Origin: Thermodesulfobacteriota bacterium
GTDB taxonomy: Bacteria > Desulfobacterota_D > UBA1144 > Nemesobacterales > UBA2774
Assembly (NCBI GenBank): GCA_965223335.1
Contig: OZ244991.1
Coordinates: 1,792,001 to 1,856,000, forward strand
Direction of reading: 5' to 3'
Length of the DNA: 64,000 nucleotides
Below the pieces are notes generated by a model. That model was not told where the DNA came from. It did no database searches and worked only from the letters and a program-made list of their open reading frames with translations. Shown here piece by piece: positions 1-9,562 of this stretch (the first letter of the stretch is position 1; the number at the start of each line of letters is the position of its first letter). Both the position numbers and the translations under genes were made by a program.

Positions 1-622
1 TGTGTGAGTTCATATTGTTTCGACTAGTCTTTTTAGCGATGGCTATCACTGTAATATTTGAGCGTGATGGGAACATTAAAATAGGGTGTTTCATAATTAA
101 GCTTGGAAAGAACTTCCAAGTTAATTTTTTCACCTGTGCCGATATTTTTCGTGATTTAGACAGTAGTGAATTTTGTTGCAGAAGTGTTAATGTGAAATTA
201 ATTGCCTGTTTAGAAGATAAAGGGATCCATAGCTGAGTTGCGGATTCTGAAGGTGGGGGGATCGGCAAATAAAAGTCGATGTGGTTAAATCCACTACTCT
301 TAAGATTACTTGAGTATTTTTGATAGCTGCTTAGACGGTTTAAGCTAAATTCCGCGTATAAAATCCCGTCCTCTGACAATGAATCATATGCTTGTGTTAT
401 GGTGCTTTGGTCGGGGTCTATAGCAACTGCTAACTCATATTTCCCCGTATCAGAATTAGTACTATTATCGATAGAAAAATCTGATATTAGTTCTAGACTC
501 TCGTGGATCGAACCATTTGAGAAGCATTTTATATTTTTAAACGAAGGTGCTCCCACCAGGAAACGCCAATCCACTCTTCTAAGCAGCTTGTTTAACAGAT
601 CACTAGTGATTTGATTTTTCAT
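1..622 (-). CDS. Partial CDS running off the window start; paralog of the decayed gene at 1931-3093, probably the N-terminus of a polysaccharide-associated phosphotransferase-family protein
   Basis: Not in the ORF track because it has no stop in the window. Manual translation from ATG 622 (or 628) gives MKNQITSDLLNKLLRRVDWRFL...AYDSLSEDGILYAE...LKSSGFNHIDFYLP..., open to position 2 and aligning with ORF 2480-3043. Confidence 0.75.
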   Translation of the reverse strand, partial: MKNQITSDLLNKLLRRVDWRFLVGAPSFKNIKCFSNGSIHESLELISDFSIDNSTNSDTGKYELAVAIDPDQSTITQAYDSLSEDGILYAEFSLNRLSSYQKYSSNLKSSGFNHIDFYLPIPPPSESATQLWIPLSSKQAINFTLTLLQQNSLLSKSRKISAQVKKLTWKFFPSLIMKHPILMFPSRSNITVIAIAKKTSRNNMNSH

Positions 623-686
623 ATACATCTTTTTTGATCACAAACCATTATAGTGTTAGTAGTGTCGAGTAGCAGTTCTACGTGAA

Positions 687-1811
687 TTAATGTTGCAATT
701 TTAACCTTTTGCGTATTACAGAACGAACATGATTTGGGAGTCGTCGAAAGATTGGTTTAGTGATAAATTGAAGTTTTATGAGCAAACTATTTATCAATAT
801 ATAATAAAACGATTTATTTGTTAAGTTCATGGGGGTAACGCTTACAAAAGACAATAAAGTTTTAATCGTATCTATACATGCACCATTCTCAGAGTAGGCA
901 AGTGCTATTTTCATACTCGTTTCCTTGATAATTTCATTTTCTTCCTGTTTTGTTAATTGGTATCTGTGAGAAAACACGTTACATAATAATTTTAGCTCAT
1001 TAACTGAATCATCGAAATCTGCTTTTGAAACTCCTATACCTCGTTCGTACAGAATTAAATATGTATTGTCTGCGAGTTTCGTATATTTATCAGGATCCTC
1101 AGATAGGTCCCAACCAAGAATACGACCTATGTTCTCAGTTCTAATGCGAGTATTACAATTCTCGGTCTCATCAATATTACGCTTAGAGATTGATTTGTCG
1201 TGGACTCTGTAAGTAATGAGATGCTTTGGAATATTGTGAATCTTAATTTTCGTAGCCAAACGTGACAATAGATCCCAGTCCGCTCCAATTTTTAGCGAAG
1301 GGTCATAGAGATCGAATCTCCCTACTACAGCGTCTTTCTTAAACATCACTGAGCTGTGACAAAATGGGTTGTAAAACAGTATGTGCCAACGTAGATTGTG
1401 GCATTCAACAGGATGGTTGAGTCTATGCAAGGTATTATCCTTTGAATCTGTAACCGTTACCCATGAACCAACAAGTGATATATCAGGATTTTGCTCTAGG
1501 TACTGAATTTGGGTTTTGAGTCTATCGGGATGTGCTACATCATCTGAGTCCTGACGCGCGATGTACTTTCCTCTTGCCAACGATATAGCTTTGTTGCCGG
1601 TTAGCCTTTCCCCAATGTTTTCTTTATTTTTATAAAGTTTAATGCGGGAATCGTTGTAGGCTTGTGCTATTTTATATGTTTTATCGGTGGAACCGTCATC
1701 AATTATTATAAGTTCAAAATCTTTAAATGTTTGGTTTAAAACACTCTCCACCGACGACTGTATATACTGTTCGGTGTTGAACGCGGGCATGATAACAGAC
1801 ACGGTGCACAT
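687..1811 (-). CDS. Glycosyltransferase family 2
   Basis: VSVIMPAFN, IIDDGSTD, ARQDSDD motifs; SD AGGAG upstream. Confidence 0.92.
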   Translation of the reverse strand: MCTVSVIMPAFNTEQYIQSSVESVLNQTFKDFELIIIDDGSTDKTYKIAQAYNDSRIKLYKNKENIGERLTGNKAISLARGKYIARQDSDDVAHPDRLKTQIQYLEQNPDISLVGSWVTVTDSKDNTLHRLNHPVECHNLRWHILFYNPFCHSSVMFKKDAVVGRFDLYDPSLKIGADWDLLSRLATKIKIHNIPKHLITYRVHDKSISKRNIDETENCNTRIRTENIGRILGWDLSEDPDKYTKLADNTYLILYERGIGVSKADFDDSVNELKLLCNVFSHRYQLTKQEENEIIKETSMKIALAYSENGACIDTIKTLLSFVSVTPMNLTNKSFYYILINSLLIKLQFITKPIFRRLPNHVRSVIRKRLKLQH

Positions 1812-1930
1812 AATCAGCTCCTAGTAGAACCCCTATTATATTACCTCTTAATTATACCTCTCCTAATGTTAATTTGGAAATTATACAGTATCTTAAATAA
1901 GTTAGGAATAGTTAAATGTATCAATTGCAA

Positions 1931-3093
1931 TTATTTAGGGATTGTTAAATCTTTATTTGTGAACTTAAAGCAAATAACTTTAACTGTTTCAGAGATAAAA
2001 ATTTTCCAGAGATTATAGAATCTGAACACCTCGAGGTTGCCTAATTCTGGTTTAGATGCGTGATCTTCGATAAATCTATCGAATTCAGATAAAGAATGAC
2101 TTATAATTGTAATTATATGTATTGGTTGGAAATTACTGGTTTCTATGCCGAGCTCTTTACAATAATGATCTTTACACTCCGCAAACACACGGCCCGTTAA
2201 GATGTTTGTATCTATCAAAGCCCTATGGCTCACTAAGGGAGCCATCTGTTGTTGGGGTCTTCAATATTCTTAGCCATATATATGTGTAGGTAAATTAGGT
2301 CAGACAGCGGCAGACCTTTTATCCTTGATGATTATCTTATTTAATACGCTGTGTCCGCCTGTCATCATTAGATAATATTTGTTATATGTTGGGCCTATTC
2401 CTGAACGTTCAACAATACTGTGAAGGTCTGTGGAGTTAATATTAATATCTCTTTCGGTTGGTGTATCTGTCGACATAGCTTAAGGTTTGCGGGCGGTAAA
2501 CACTATTGTGGACTCTTGGAGTGTAGAACCTAATAACCATGGGAATGTTAGAAAGAGCGAAGGAGATAGACTCCACAAAGTTTGTCTAAGCACTCTTGCG
2601 ATCTCTTTTGGCCCCAGTTTGTGATGATCGGGTCTATTAGCATTTATAATGTGATAAATAGGTCCTGCGGAATCTGTTGATACCCATATACCAGTCTCGG
2701 CGTTACGGGGTTGGGGTTTTGGGTAGTAAAATCTGACGTTTTCCAAGCCTGATTTTTTCAAAATACTTTTTAAGCTGCGATGGTAGGTAAGTATGGGGCA
2801 TGGCCACTCAACATATATTTCACCACAGGGTGCCAAATAGTTGTAGGCTTTATTGATCAACTCTTCGTTTGGGTTCTGAGCTACGATTAAATTGAAGCAA
2901 TTAGGTTTTGATTCGTCTATTTCTGTTGCAACTTCGCACGAGATGTTCTCTACGGCTTGGGTTAGTAGGTTGTCGGCAATACATAAACTTTTATATGGAA
3001 AAGGATCGGTTAAGAGATAGCGCCAGTCCGCTCTCCGCAACACCTTGTTGGATAAGTCCGTGAGTTATCTAACGATTTAGTTAGAGATTCTAT
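1931..3093 (-). pseudogene. Decayed phosphotransferase-family gene (lost start, in-frame stop, frameshifts, probable internal deletion)
   Basis: ORF 2480-3043 matches the paralog at 1-622; reading continues past TAA 2480-2482 to MMTGGHSVLNKII, then GLPLSDLIY appears in another frame, then ORF 1931-2245; GGAGG SD near 3100 is followed by ATA out of frame. Confidence 0.7.
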
Positions 3094-3105
3094 CTAATAC
3101 CTCCC

Positions 3106-4227
3106 CTACCTCAATAAATCATTATATATATTGGTTACCTTGGCAACCATTGCATCGGCCGAGAATTGGGAATCTGCTTTTTCCTTGCCAGCCTCTGCTA
3201 TCGTTTCGGCTTCATTGTATTTACTTATTAATTTATTCAAAATTGTCGAAATTGCAAGGGAGTCCTCGGGGGGTACTAGATAACCATCTACACCGTCTGT
3301 TACCATTTCCGAGGTGCCGGGAATGTCAGTTGCTACCACAGGTTTGCAGGCTAACATCGCTTCCATTATCGATAACGGGTACCCCTCATATAGAGAAGGA
3401 AGAACAAATATATCGCAGATATCGAGGAGCTTGTGAATGTCGTCCCTATGCCCTAAAAACACTACACGGTCTTCTATCTCTAGATCTGATACTTGTTTCT
3501 CGAGCACTTCCCGGTTAGGGCCTTCTCCCGCAAAAAGGAATATGGCCTTGTCTACATTAGCTGCGGCATCCAATAGATACTTATGTCCTTTAGCATCATC
3601 TAGTCTCGCAACCGTAAGCAGTATTTTAGAGTTTTTATGTGTTGCATACTTATTACCCATGATCTCTTTCTTATAACTATCTCTATCGTATGCTTTGATA
3701 GGTTTAAGTTCTATGCCGTTATGTACGACAGTGACTCTATCTTTGTAGACCAGATGTTTTGTTAATCCCTCTGCAAGGTCTGATGACACGGCTATGTACC
3801 TATGAACCAATAGAGAGATCATTTTTTGTAGGACATTATAGCGACGTGAATTCATGTCTTTGTACAGGTGCTGTGTGGCTATAACCACCGGCACACGGGC
3901 GAGTCTGGCCGATAAGATGCCGAATGAACACGATAGTGGCCAGTTTAGGTTAGCGTGGAATATATCGGGGTTAATTTTTCTCAATATGCGTCTGTAGTTG
4001 GACAAATTTTTCGTGTCTGTGATGTCTCTGATTCTGCTTATATCCACAGTCTCAATGTTCATTTCACTTGTTTGTTCCAATAGGGGGGATATTCCCGGGC
4101 TATTATGACAGGCAAGTATCGGATGCCATTCGTTGCGGTCGAGCCCACACATTAAAGTGAGCATCACCTTCTCGGCACCGCCGTATCCTTTGGCGTCTGT
4201 ATAATAGATAATTTTTTTAATGTTAAT
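3106..4227 (-). CDS. Glycosyltransferase family 4; probable non-canonical ATT start at 4227 or 4221
   Basis: VARL..AKGH and PSLYEGYPLSIMEAM motifs; conserved N-terminal KKIIYYTDAKGYGGAEK lies in frame upstream of the first GTG (4167). Confidence 0.88.
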   Translation of the reverse strand: MNIKKIIYYTDAKGYGGAEKVMLTLMCGLDRNEWHPILACHNSPGISPLLEQTSEMNIETVDISRIRDITDTKNLSNYRRILRKINPDIFHANLNWPLSCSFGILSARLARVPVVIATQHLYKDMNSRRYNVLQKMISLLVHRYIAVSSDLAEGLTKHLVYKDRVTVVHNGIELKPIKAYDRDSYKKEIMGNKYATHKNSKILLTVARLDDAKGHKYLLDAAANVDKAIFLFAGEGPNREVLEKQVSDLEIEDRVVFLGHRDDIHKLLDICDIFVLPSLYEGYPLSIMEAMLACKPVVATDIPGTSEMVTDGVDGYLVPPEDSLAISTILNKLISKYNEAETIAEAGKEKADSQFSADAMVAKVTNIYNDLLR

Positions 4228-4478
4228 TATTTCCTCTTAGAGCTTTGTATTCTTGAGATTAAAGATGATTAGTTATCATTGTCACTGTTAAGTTTGTACC
4301 ATGCATCGTAGCAATAAAAAAAGTGTTATTTCCTTAAATGTATATTGAGTCAAAGAATAAGGTTTTGTGTTTTACCAACAGTCTTAAGATGACATTATCA
4401 GACTTAAAAGCAGTTCATTATACATAACATGTAACCGAGTGCTTATAAATGTTGTTCGTACACGCGAGTATTCTGAAT

Positions 4479-5744
4479 TCAATCGAGATACCATTTATGC
4501 TTGAGAAGGTAAAGGGCCTGGTTCCTATTGGGAACTTTGCCCGTGTCATAGATGTTTTCAGTTTCCACGTCGAAGTAACTGGCGTGTCGGATTTTGTCTG
4601 TTGTAACTGCCCCTCTTTTTATTGTAATATCCAATATGCAACGCCCCGGTGTCAAGTACGTGCTATCAGTTGTACAAACTACCTTACCCTCGGAGGGCAG
4701 TGATTCGGGTAACGTGTGTGTCATATCGCTGTCTAATGTAATAATAGCAGCACCTGTTTTAAAATCTCTAACCGTTATAGTGAAATTACAATAACGGACC
4801 GGTTTATCACTTTTGTATCCTATAGTTAATTTTAACTTACTACTGCACCTTATGGGAGTGTTTTCTTGTGCATTCTCAACCTTAACAGAGTTAACTAATA
4901 CACTCCAGTCCCCTTCACGATCCGTACGTTGATCGAGTGGAATCTCCATGGTTTCGCTCATGGTTTGGAGATACTGCTGGACGACTTCGTCAGATTTTCC
5001 GTCTGCTATCACATTTCCATCCTCTATGAGCATGGTCCTACCGCACAGGGATAGGATGGAGGCCATATCGTGGCTGACGAATAAAACAGTCCGTCCCTCT
5101 GTGGTTGCTACATTGTTTAGTTTGCCCAGGCATTTTTTCTGAAATGATGCGTCGCCTACTGCTAGTACCTCGTCAATAAGCAGTATTTCGGGTTCCAAGT
5201 GCGCGGCTACCGAAAACCCCAGTCGAACGCGCATCCCGCTCGAATAGAACTTAACAGGTGTATCCAAAAACTCCCCGACCTCAGAAAAATCTATAATTTC
5301 GTCAAACTTACGGTCAATCTCGTGCCTTTTCATCCCTAGAATAGCACCGTTTAAATATATGTTTTCCCTTCCTGTAAGCTCCTCATGAAAACCCGTGCCA
5401 ACCTCAAGGAGTGACCCTATCCGTCCGTAAATGCTCACGTTACCCTCCGTGGGGTCTGTGATGCCGGTGATAATCTTAAGCAATGTACTCTTGCCTGCAC
5501 CGTTTCTGCCGATAATGCCTAGTATCTCGCCGTGAGCAACATCGAACGACACATCCTTAAGTGACCATATGTGATTGTATGCACCGTTTTGCGGTGACGC
5601 GGACCTGCTAAATACTCTCTTTAGTTTACTCAGATTATGTGTGACCGCATTAGTGAGCGACTCGCGCAGTGTTTTGTAGTTTTGAACCCTACCTATACGG
5701 TAGCGTTTGCTCAAGCTGTTTACATTGATAGCAACGTTGCTCAT
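4479..5744 (-). CDS. wzt: Polysaccharide ABC transporter ATP-binding protein with C-terminal Wzt_C domain
   Basis: GRNGAGKST Walker A, YSSGM signature, IDEVLAVGD Walker B, ~150 aa C-terminal extension. Confidence 0.93.
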   Translation of the reverse strand: MSNVAINVNSLSKRYRIGRVQNYKTLRESLTNAVTHNLSKLKRVFSRSASPQNGAYNHIWSLKDVSFDVAHGEILGIIGRNGAGKSTLLKIITGITDPTEGNVSIYGRIGSLLEVGTGFHEELTGRENIYLNGAILGMKRHEIDRKFDEIIDFSEVGEFLDTPVKFYSSGMRVRLGFSVAAHLEPEILLIDEVLAVGDASFQKKCLGKLNNVATTEGRTVLFVSHDMASILSLCGRTMLIEDGNVIADGKSDEVVQQYLQTMSETMEIPLDQRTDREGDWSVLVNSVKVENAQENTPIRCSSKLKLTIGYKSDKPVRYCNFTITVRDFKTGAAIITLDSDMTHTLPESLPSEGKVVCTTDSTYLTPGRCILDITIKRGAVTTDKIRHASYFDVETENIYDTGKVPNRNQALYLLKHKWYLD

Positions 5745-6653
5745 CTATACGATGTCCGCGAAGGACCTCTCCATTCTTTTAAAGTAGAATAAACCTGTAA
5801 CTAATAATATTATAACCATAGAGATTGAAGCCAGTATTAAAACACTTGTGTCGGCTGATTTTCCCAAGAGCGCCCATCTAAATCCCTCAACGACTCCTGT
5901 CATAGGATTAAGTCCATATATTAGACGCCAATTATCCGGCACCAAGCTCTCAGAATAGGGGATAGGAGTTAGAAACAGCCATATCTGTGTTAAGAACGGG
6001 ATGGTATACCTCACATCCCTGTACTGTACGTTTAACGCCGATAACCACAGGCTTACAGCCAGTGAAGTCGCTACTGCAAACACTATAAATAGCGGCAGTG
6101 TCACTACTGCTGCCGTTGGGGTTATACCGTAATAGAGCATCATGGCGATGAGCACCAGAAAAGCTATACAAAAATCGACTAAACCGGCTAGGATCGATGA
6201 CGACGGGATAATTATCCTTGGGAAGTAAACTTTTGTGATGAGCCCGCGGTTGGCAACCAGACTGTTACCAGACTGAGTCATGGCGTTTGCAAACAGCTGC
6301 CAGGGTAATAGACCCGAGTACACAAATATGGGATATGGGATGCCGTCTGAGGGGAGTTTGGCTAGGCGCCCGAAAAATATTGTGAACACAATCATTGTCA
6401 TAAAGGGCTGTATTATTGCCCAAGCCACCCCAAGGGCAGTTTGTTTGTATCGCACCTTGAGGTCGCGCCACACCAAGAAATACAACAGTTCTCTGTACTC
6501 CCAGATCTCGTCGAGCCTAAGCGCAATGGATGTTTGGGGTTTCCTCACAGCAAAAGGCTTTCTTTTGTCCTGAATTTTCCTGGCTTTTGATTCCAATTCT
6601 ATATTGTCAGGATCAGAGGATGTTAAATTTCCGTCAATTTTTGTCTTTTCCAT
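5745..6653 (-). CDS. wzm: Polysaccharide ABC transporter permease (start 6653 or 6674)
   Basis: RELLYFLVWRDLKVRYKQT motif, about six TM segments, abuts wzt. Confidence 0.93.
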   Translation of the reverse strand: MEKTKIDGNLTSSDPDNIELESKARKIQDKRKPFAVRKPQTSIALRLDEIWEYRELLYFLVWRDLKVRYKQTALGVAWAIIQPFMTMIVFTIFFGRLAKLPSDGIPYPIFVYSGLLPWQLFANAMTQSGNSLVANRGLITKVYFPRIIIPSSSILAGLVDFCIAFLVLIAMMLYYGITPTAAVVTLPLFIVFAVATSLAVSLWLSALNVQYRDVRYTIPFLTQIWLFLTPIPYSESLVPDNWRLIYGLNPMTGVVEGFRWALLGKSADTSVLILASISMVIILLVTGLFYFKRMERSFADIV

Positions 6654-7038
6654 TTTGCTTTTAATGTCTAACACCTATAGGTTCATTTTTCCAAGTTCTG
6701 ACTAAGTATAATACCTATAATCGTTGTTAGGAATACATATATACTAATTTGCTATCATTATTAAATTAAATTGACATTTGAGTTATTGTTCTACTCAAGC
6801 GACGGGGAATATTTGTTTCTACAAACGCACTTTATATCGCTTCATTTTGCATTATAATTATAATATACTTTAATTGGATGTTATGGGGATGGGTCATTTT
6901 ACTTTTATCTACAATAGCTTAAACCTAAATTCTTAGAAGAGTTACGTTTAAATTATTTGTAATTAGTTAATTTGATGATGTGCGATCCATTAATTACTTA
7001 AGTTGGTTAGGTCGGATTTGGTATAGGATGAGATCAAT

Positions 7039-8154
7039 ATGGTTGTAAAAAGTTACGATAACACACTAGATGAACTAGGATCTTCAGAAACTGTCTCCGG
7101 GTCTTATAAGAACCGGGTTCAAGAACCCTTGTTAAAAAGGCTTTTTGATATTGTATTGTCTACAGGCGGGCTCGTTGTGTCGTCGCCCCTGTGGTTGTTT
7201 GTTGCACTCGCAATTTATATCGAAGACGGCGGCCCTATATTTTTTACTCAAGACCGACTGGGTAGGTTTGGAAAGCTGTTTAAGGTAATAAAGTTTCGGT
7301 CAATGATTAAAGATGCCGAGAACCAGACCGGCCCTGTGTGGGCACATAAAAAAGACCACCGGGTGACCAAGGTGGGTAGGTTCCTTAGGCTTACGGCACT
7401 CGATGAACTCCCTCAATTAATAAACATACTAAAGGGTGATATGAGCTTTGTAGGTCCTAGGGCCGAGAGACCCGAATTAGTGAATGAGTTTAAGAAGACT
7501 ATAAAGGGTTTTGACAATAGATTACTTGTGAGACCGGGGCTGACCGGTATTGCTCAGGTCTATGGCAACTATAACACTCACCCCAGAAACAAGCTTCGTT
7601 ATGACATGCTATATATCAACAACATGTCGTTTTGGCTCGACCTCAAGTTAGTGCTGGCCTCGTTTTGGATAACTTTTAAGTTCAGTTGGGAGAGCAGAGA
7701 AAAGAGGATAGACAAACTGCTGGGTCAAGTGATCTTAGAGGCTGGAATTATCGATGCCGAGCAGTTGAGTGATGCACTATCGTACCAGAACAAATGGGGT
7801 GGCAAAATAGGAGAGATCTTGATCAACAAAGGTTATATCACAGAATCGAAATTAACACACTACCTCAACATGCAGGTATCGATGAACGCCAATGCGGTAT
7901 GGAACGGACACACCTCTAATTCGGAAACTGAGCACCTCCTGGGTGATATAATGCTTGCGACAGGGGTTGTTACTACGGATCAGCTGAGTGAAGCGCTCGA
8001 TATACAGAGCACGAGTCATGGGAAGCTCGGCCAGATCCTAAGGGACCTGGGTTATATTAGTGAAGCGCGTCTTATAGATTGTCTTAAGAAGCAGATTTCA
8101 ATGAGAAACCCTGATACCAATCACCTTGACGATACGAAGGATAGAGCTGTATAG
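7039..8154 (+). CDS. Priming phosphoglycosyl transferase (Bac_transf/PglC-type) fused to two C-terminal MshEN-like domains
   Basis: KRLFDI, KFRSM, LDELPQLINILKGDMSFVGPR, PGLTGIAQV motifs; C-terminus has four LG..L...G.I....L..AL..Q half-motifs. Confidence 0.9.
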   Translation: MVVKSYDNTLDELGSSETVSGSYKNRVQEPLLKRLFDIVLSTGGLVVSSPLWLFVALAIYIEDGGPIFFTQDRLGRFGKLFKVIKFRSMIKDAENQTGPVWAHKKDHRVTKVGRFLRLTALDELPQLINILKGDMSFVGPRAERPELVNEFKKTIKGFDNRLLVRPGLTGIAQVYGNYNTHPRNKLRYDMLYINNMSFWLDLKLVLASFWITFKFSWESREKRIDKLLGQVILEAGIIDAEQLSDALSYQNKWGGKIGEILINKGYITESKLTHYLNMQVSMNANAVWNGHTSNSETEHLLGDIMLATGVVTTDQLSEALDIQSTSHGKLGQILRDLGYISEARLIDCLKKQISMRNPDTNHLDDTKDRAV

Positions 8155-9561
8155 TCAGCGGCGACCCGAGTCTACCGATCCCCTCTTTAACCTCAGATCA
8201 GAGATACTGGTACACAAAGCGAGTAGGAACACGAAATAGTACATATTAGCGGGAATCTGAAAGTTAAATTCCGTAAATGCATGAAACAAAAGGGCAAATA
8301 TACTGCTAAGCGATCCGATCAATAGATAATCGTTTAGCGAATCCCTCTCCTCTCTCCCCTTAAATAGAGTGTTTAGAGATTGTCGATAGAAAGCGATTAC
8401 GGCCCAAAGCACAAGTATTAATCCCAGAATCCCTAACTCGGCCAAGGTTTCAAGATAGTCGTTGTGGGCATGTGAGTATAGAAGTGCCCAGTATGCATCT
8501 TCTTTGTATAGAGAGTAAGCTATGGCATAGCTTCCTAGACCTGTGCCAAAGATTGGAAAATCTTTTATCATTTCAATAGTATCAGTCCATATTAATGTAC
8601 GTTTCGGTAGCTCTTCTTTAGAGACTGAAAACTTTTCCACTACCGGGTCAACACCTATCCATAGCGAGTATATAAAGATGATTGCCAAAAACCCGCCGAT
8701 GAACCATTTTGTGTGTTTTGTAGTTTTGCGCCGGGATAAAAGCATGTATAGAAAGACGATCGAGATCACAAAAGAGAGTATGGCCCCGCGAGAACGGGCT
8801 AGCATTAGACTCACTGCCATAAGTCCTGTTGCAAAAAACATAATTAATTGAGTAGAGAAACTGGCCTTTGTGAATATATGACGGATACTCGATACCTCAC
8901 CCCCGGCTTGTCTCCCGGAATACAGGCCATAGCAGAGCGAAAGAGGTATAATTGTGATCATTAATCCCGAAAATGTGTTGGGGTTTACATATGTGCCCGA
9001 AGCCGGTACTTCACCTCCGCTCATGATGTACTGTAGAATTCCCAAGATGGCCTCTATTGACCCGACTGTAAAGATTACCCAGAAATACCTCATATACTGG
9101 TCTGTTTTTTTCAGGTGATGGACCGCTACGACAAAGAACATCGCATAAGAGATATATAGAATGAGTTTTTGTACCGTTGCGTACTTATAAAGCGTGATTG
9201 TGTATAAAATCTCTATATCGGTACCGAAAATATGTTCGAGAGATGCTTTGCGCTCCCCCCAGATATTTGCGGAACTGGGTGATACGAGCTTTAGGATTGA
9301 TTCGGGCCAGGGGATTAATTGTAGGAGTACCAGTACAAAAAGTAGGAAGACCGGAATATATAACGGTGAGTATTTAAGGTTTACAGTCTTATGCAGAATG
9401 CGTTGCAACCCCCAGAGCATGAATGTAAAAATGCATATAAGCTCGAATAGGTGCACCGACCATATTTCCACACTGCCCCTAGGGAATGGGGAAAGTAAGA
9501 CCAAAACGATGCCAATGCTAATGAGTATGGGTAGAGTTTTGTCCAAAAATGATCTAATCAT
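8155..9561 (-). CDS. O-antigen ligase family (Wzy_C) membrane protein
   Basis: Many TM helices; GTYVNPNTF, SRGA, FPIFGTGLG, HAHNDYLE, FNFQIPAN motifs. Confidence 0.88.
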   Translation of the reverse strand: MIRSFLDKTLPILISIGIVLVLLSPFPRGSVEIWSVHLFELICIFTFMLWGLQRILHKTVNLKYSPLYIPVFLLFVLVLLQLIPWPESILKLVSPSSANIWGERKASLEHIFGTDIEILYTITLYKYATVQKLILYISYAMFFVVAVHHLKKTDQYMRYFWVIFTVGSIEAILGILQYIMSGGEVPASGTYVNPNTFSGLMITIIPLSLCYGLYSGRQAGGEVSSIRHIFTKASFSTQLIMFFATGLMAVSLMLARSRGAILSFVISIVFLYMLLSRRKTTKHTKWFIGGFLAIIFIYSLWIGVDPVVEKFSVSKEELPKRTLIWTDTIEMIKDFPIFGTGLGSYAIAYSLYKEDAYWALLYSHAHNDYLETLAELGILGLILVLWAVIAFYRQSLNTLFKGREERDSLNDYLLIGSLSSIFALLFHAFTEFNFQIPANMYYFVFLLALCTSISDLRLKRGSVDSGRR

Positions 9562-9562
9562 T

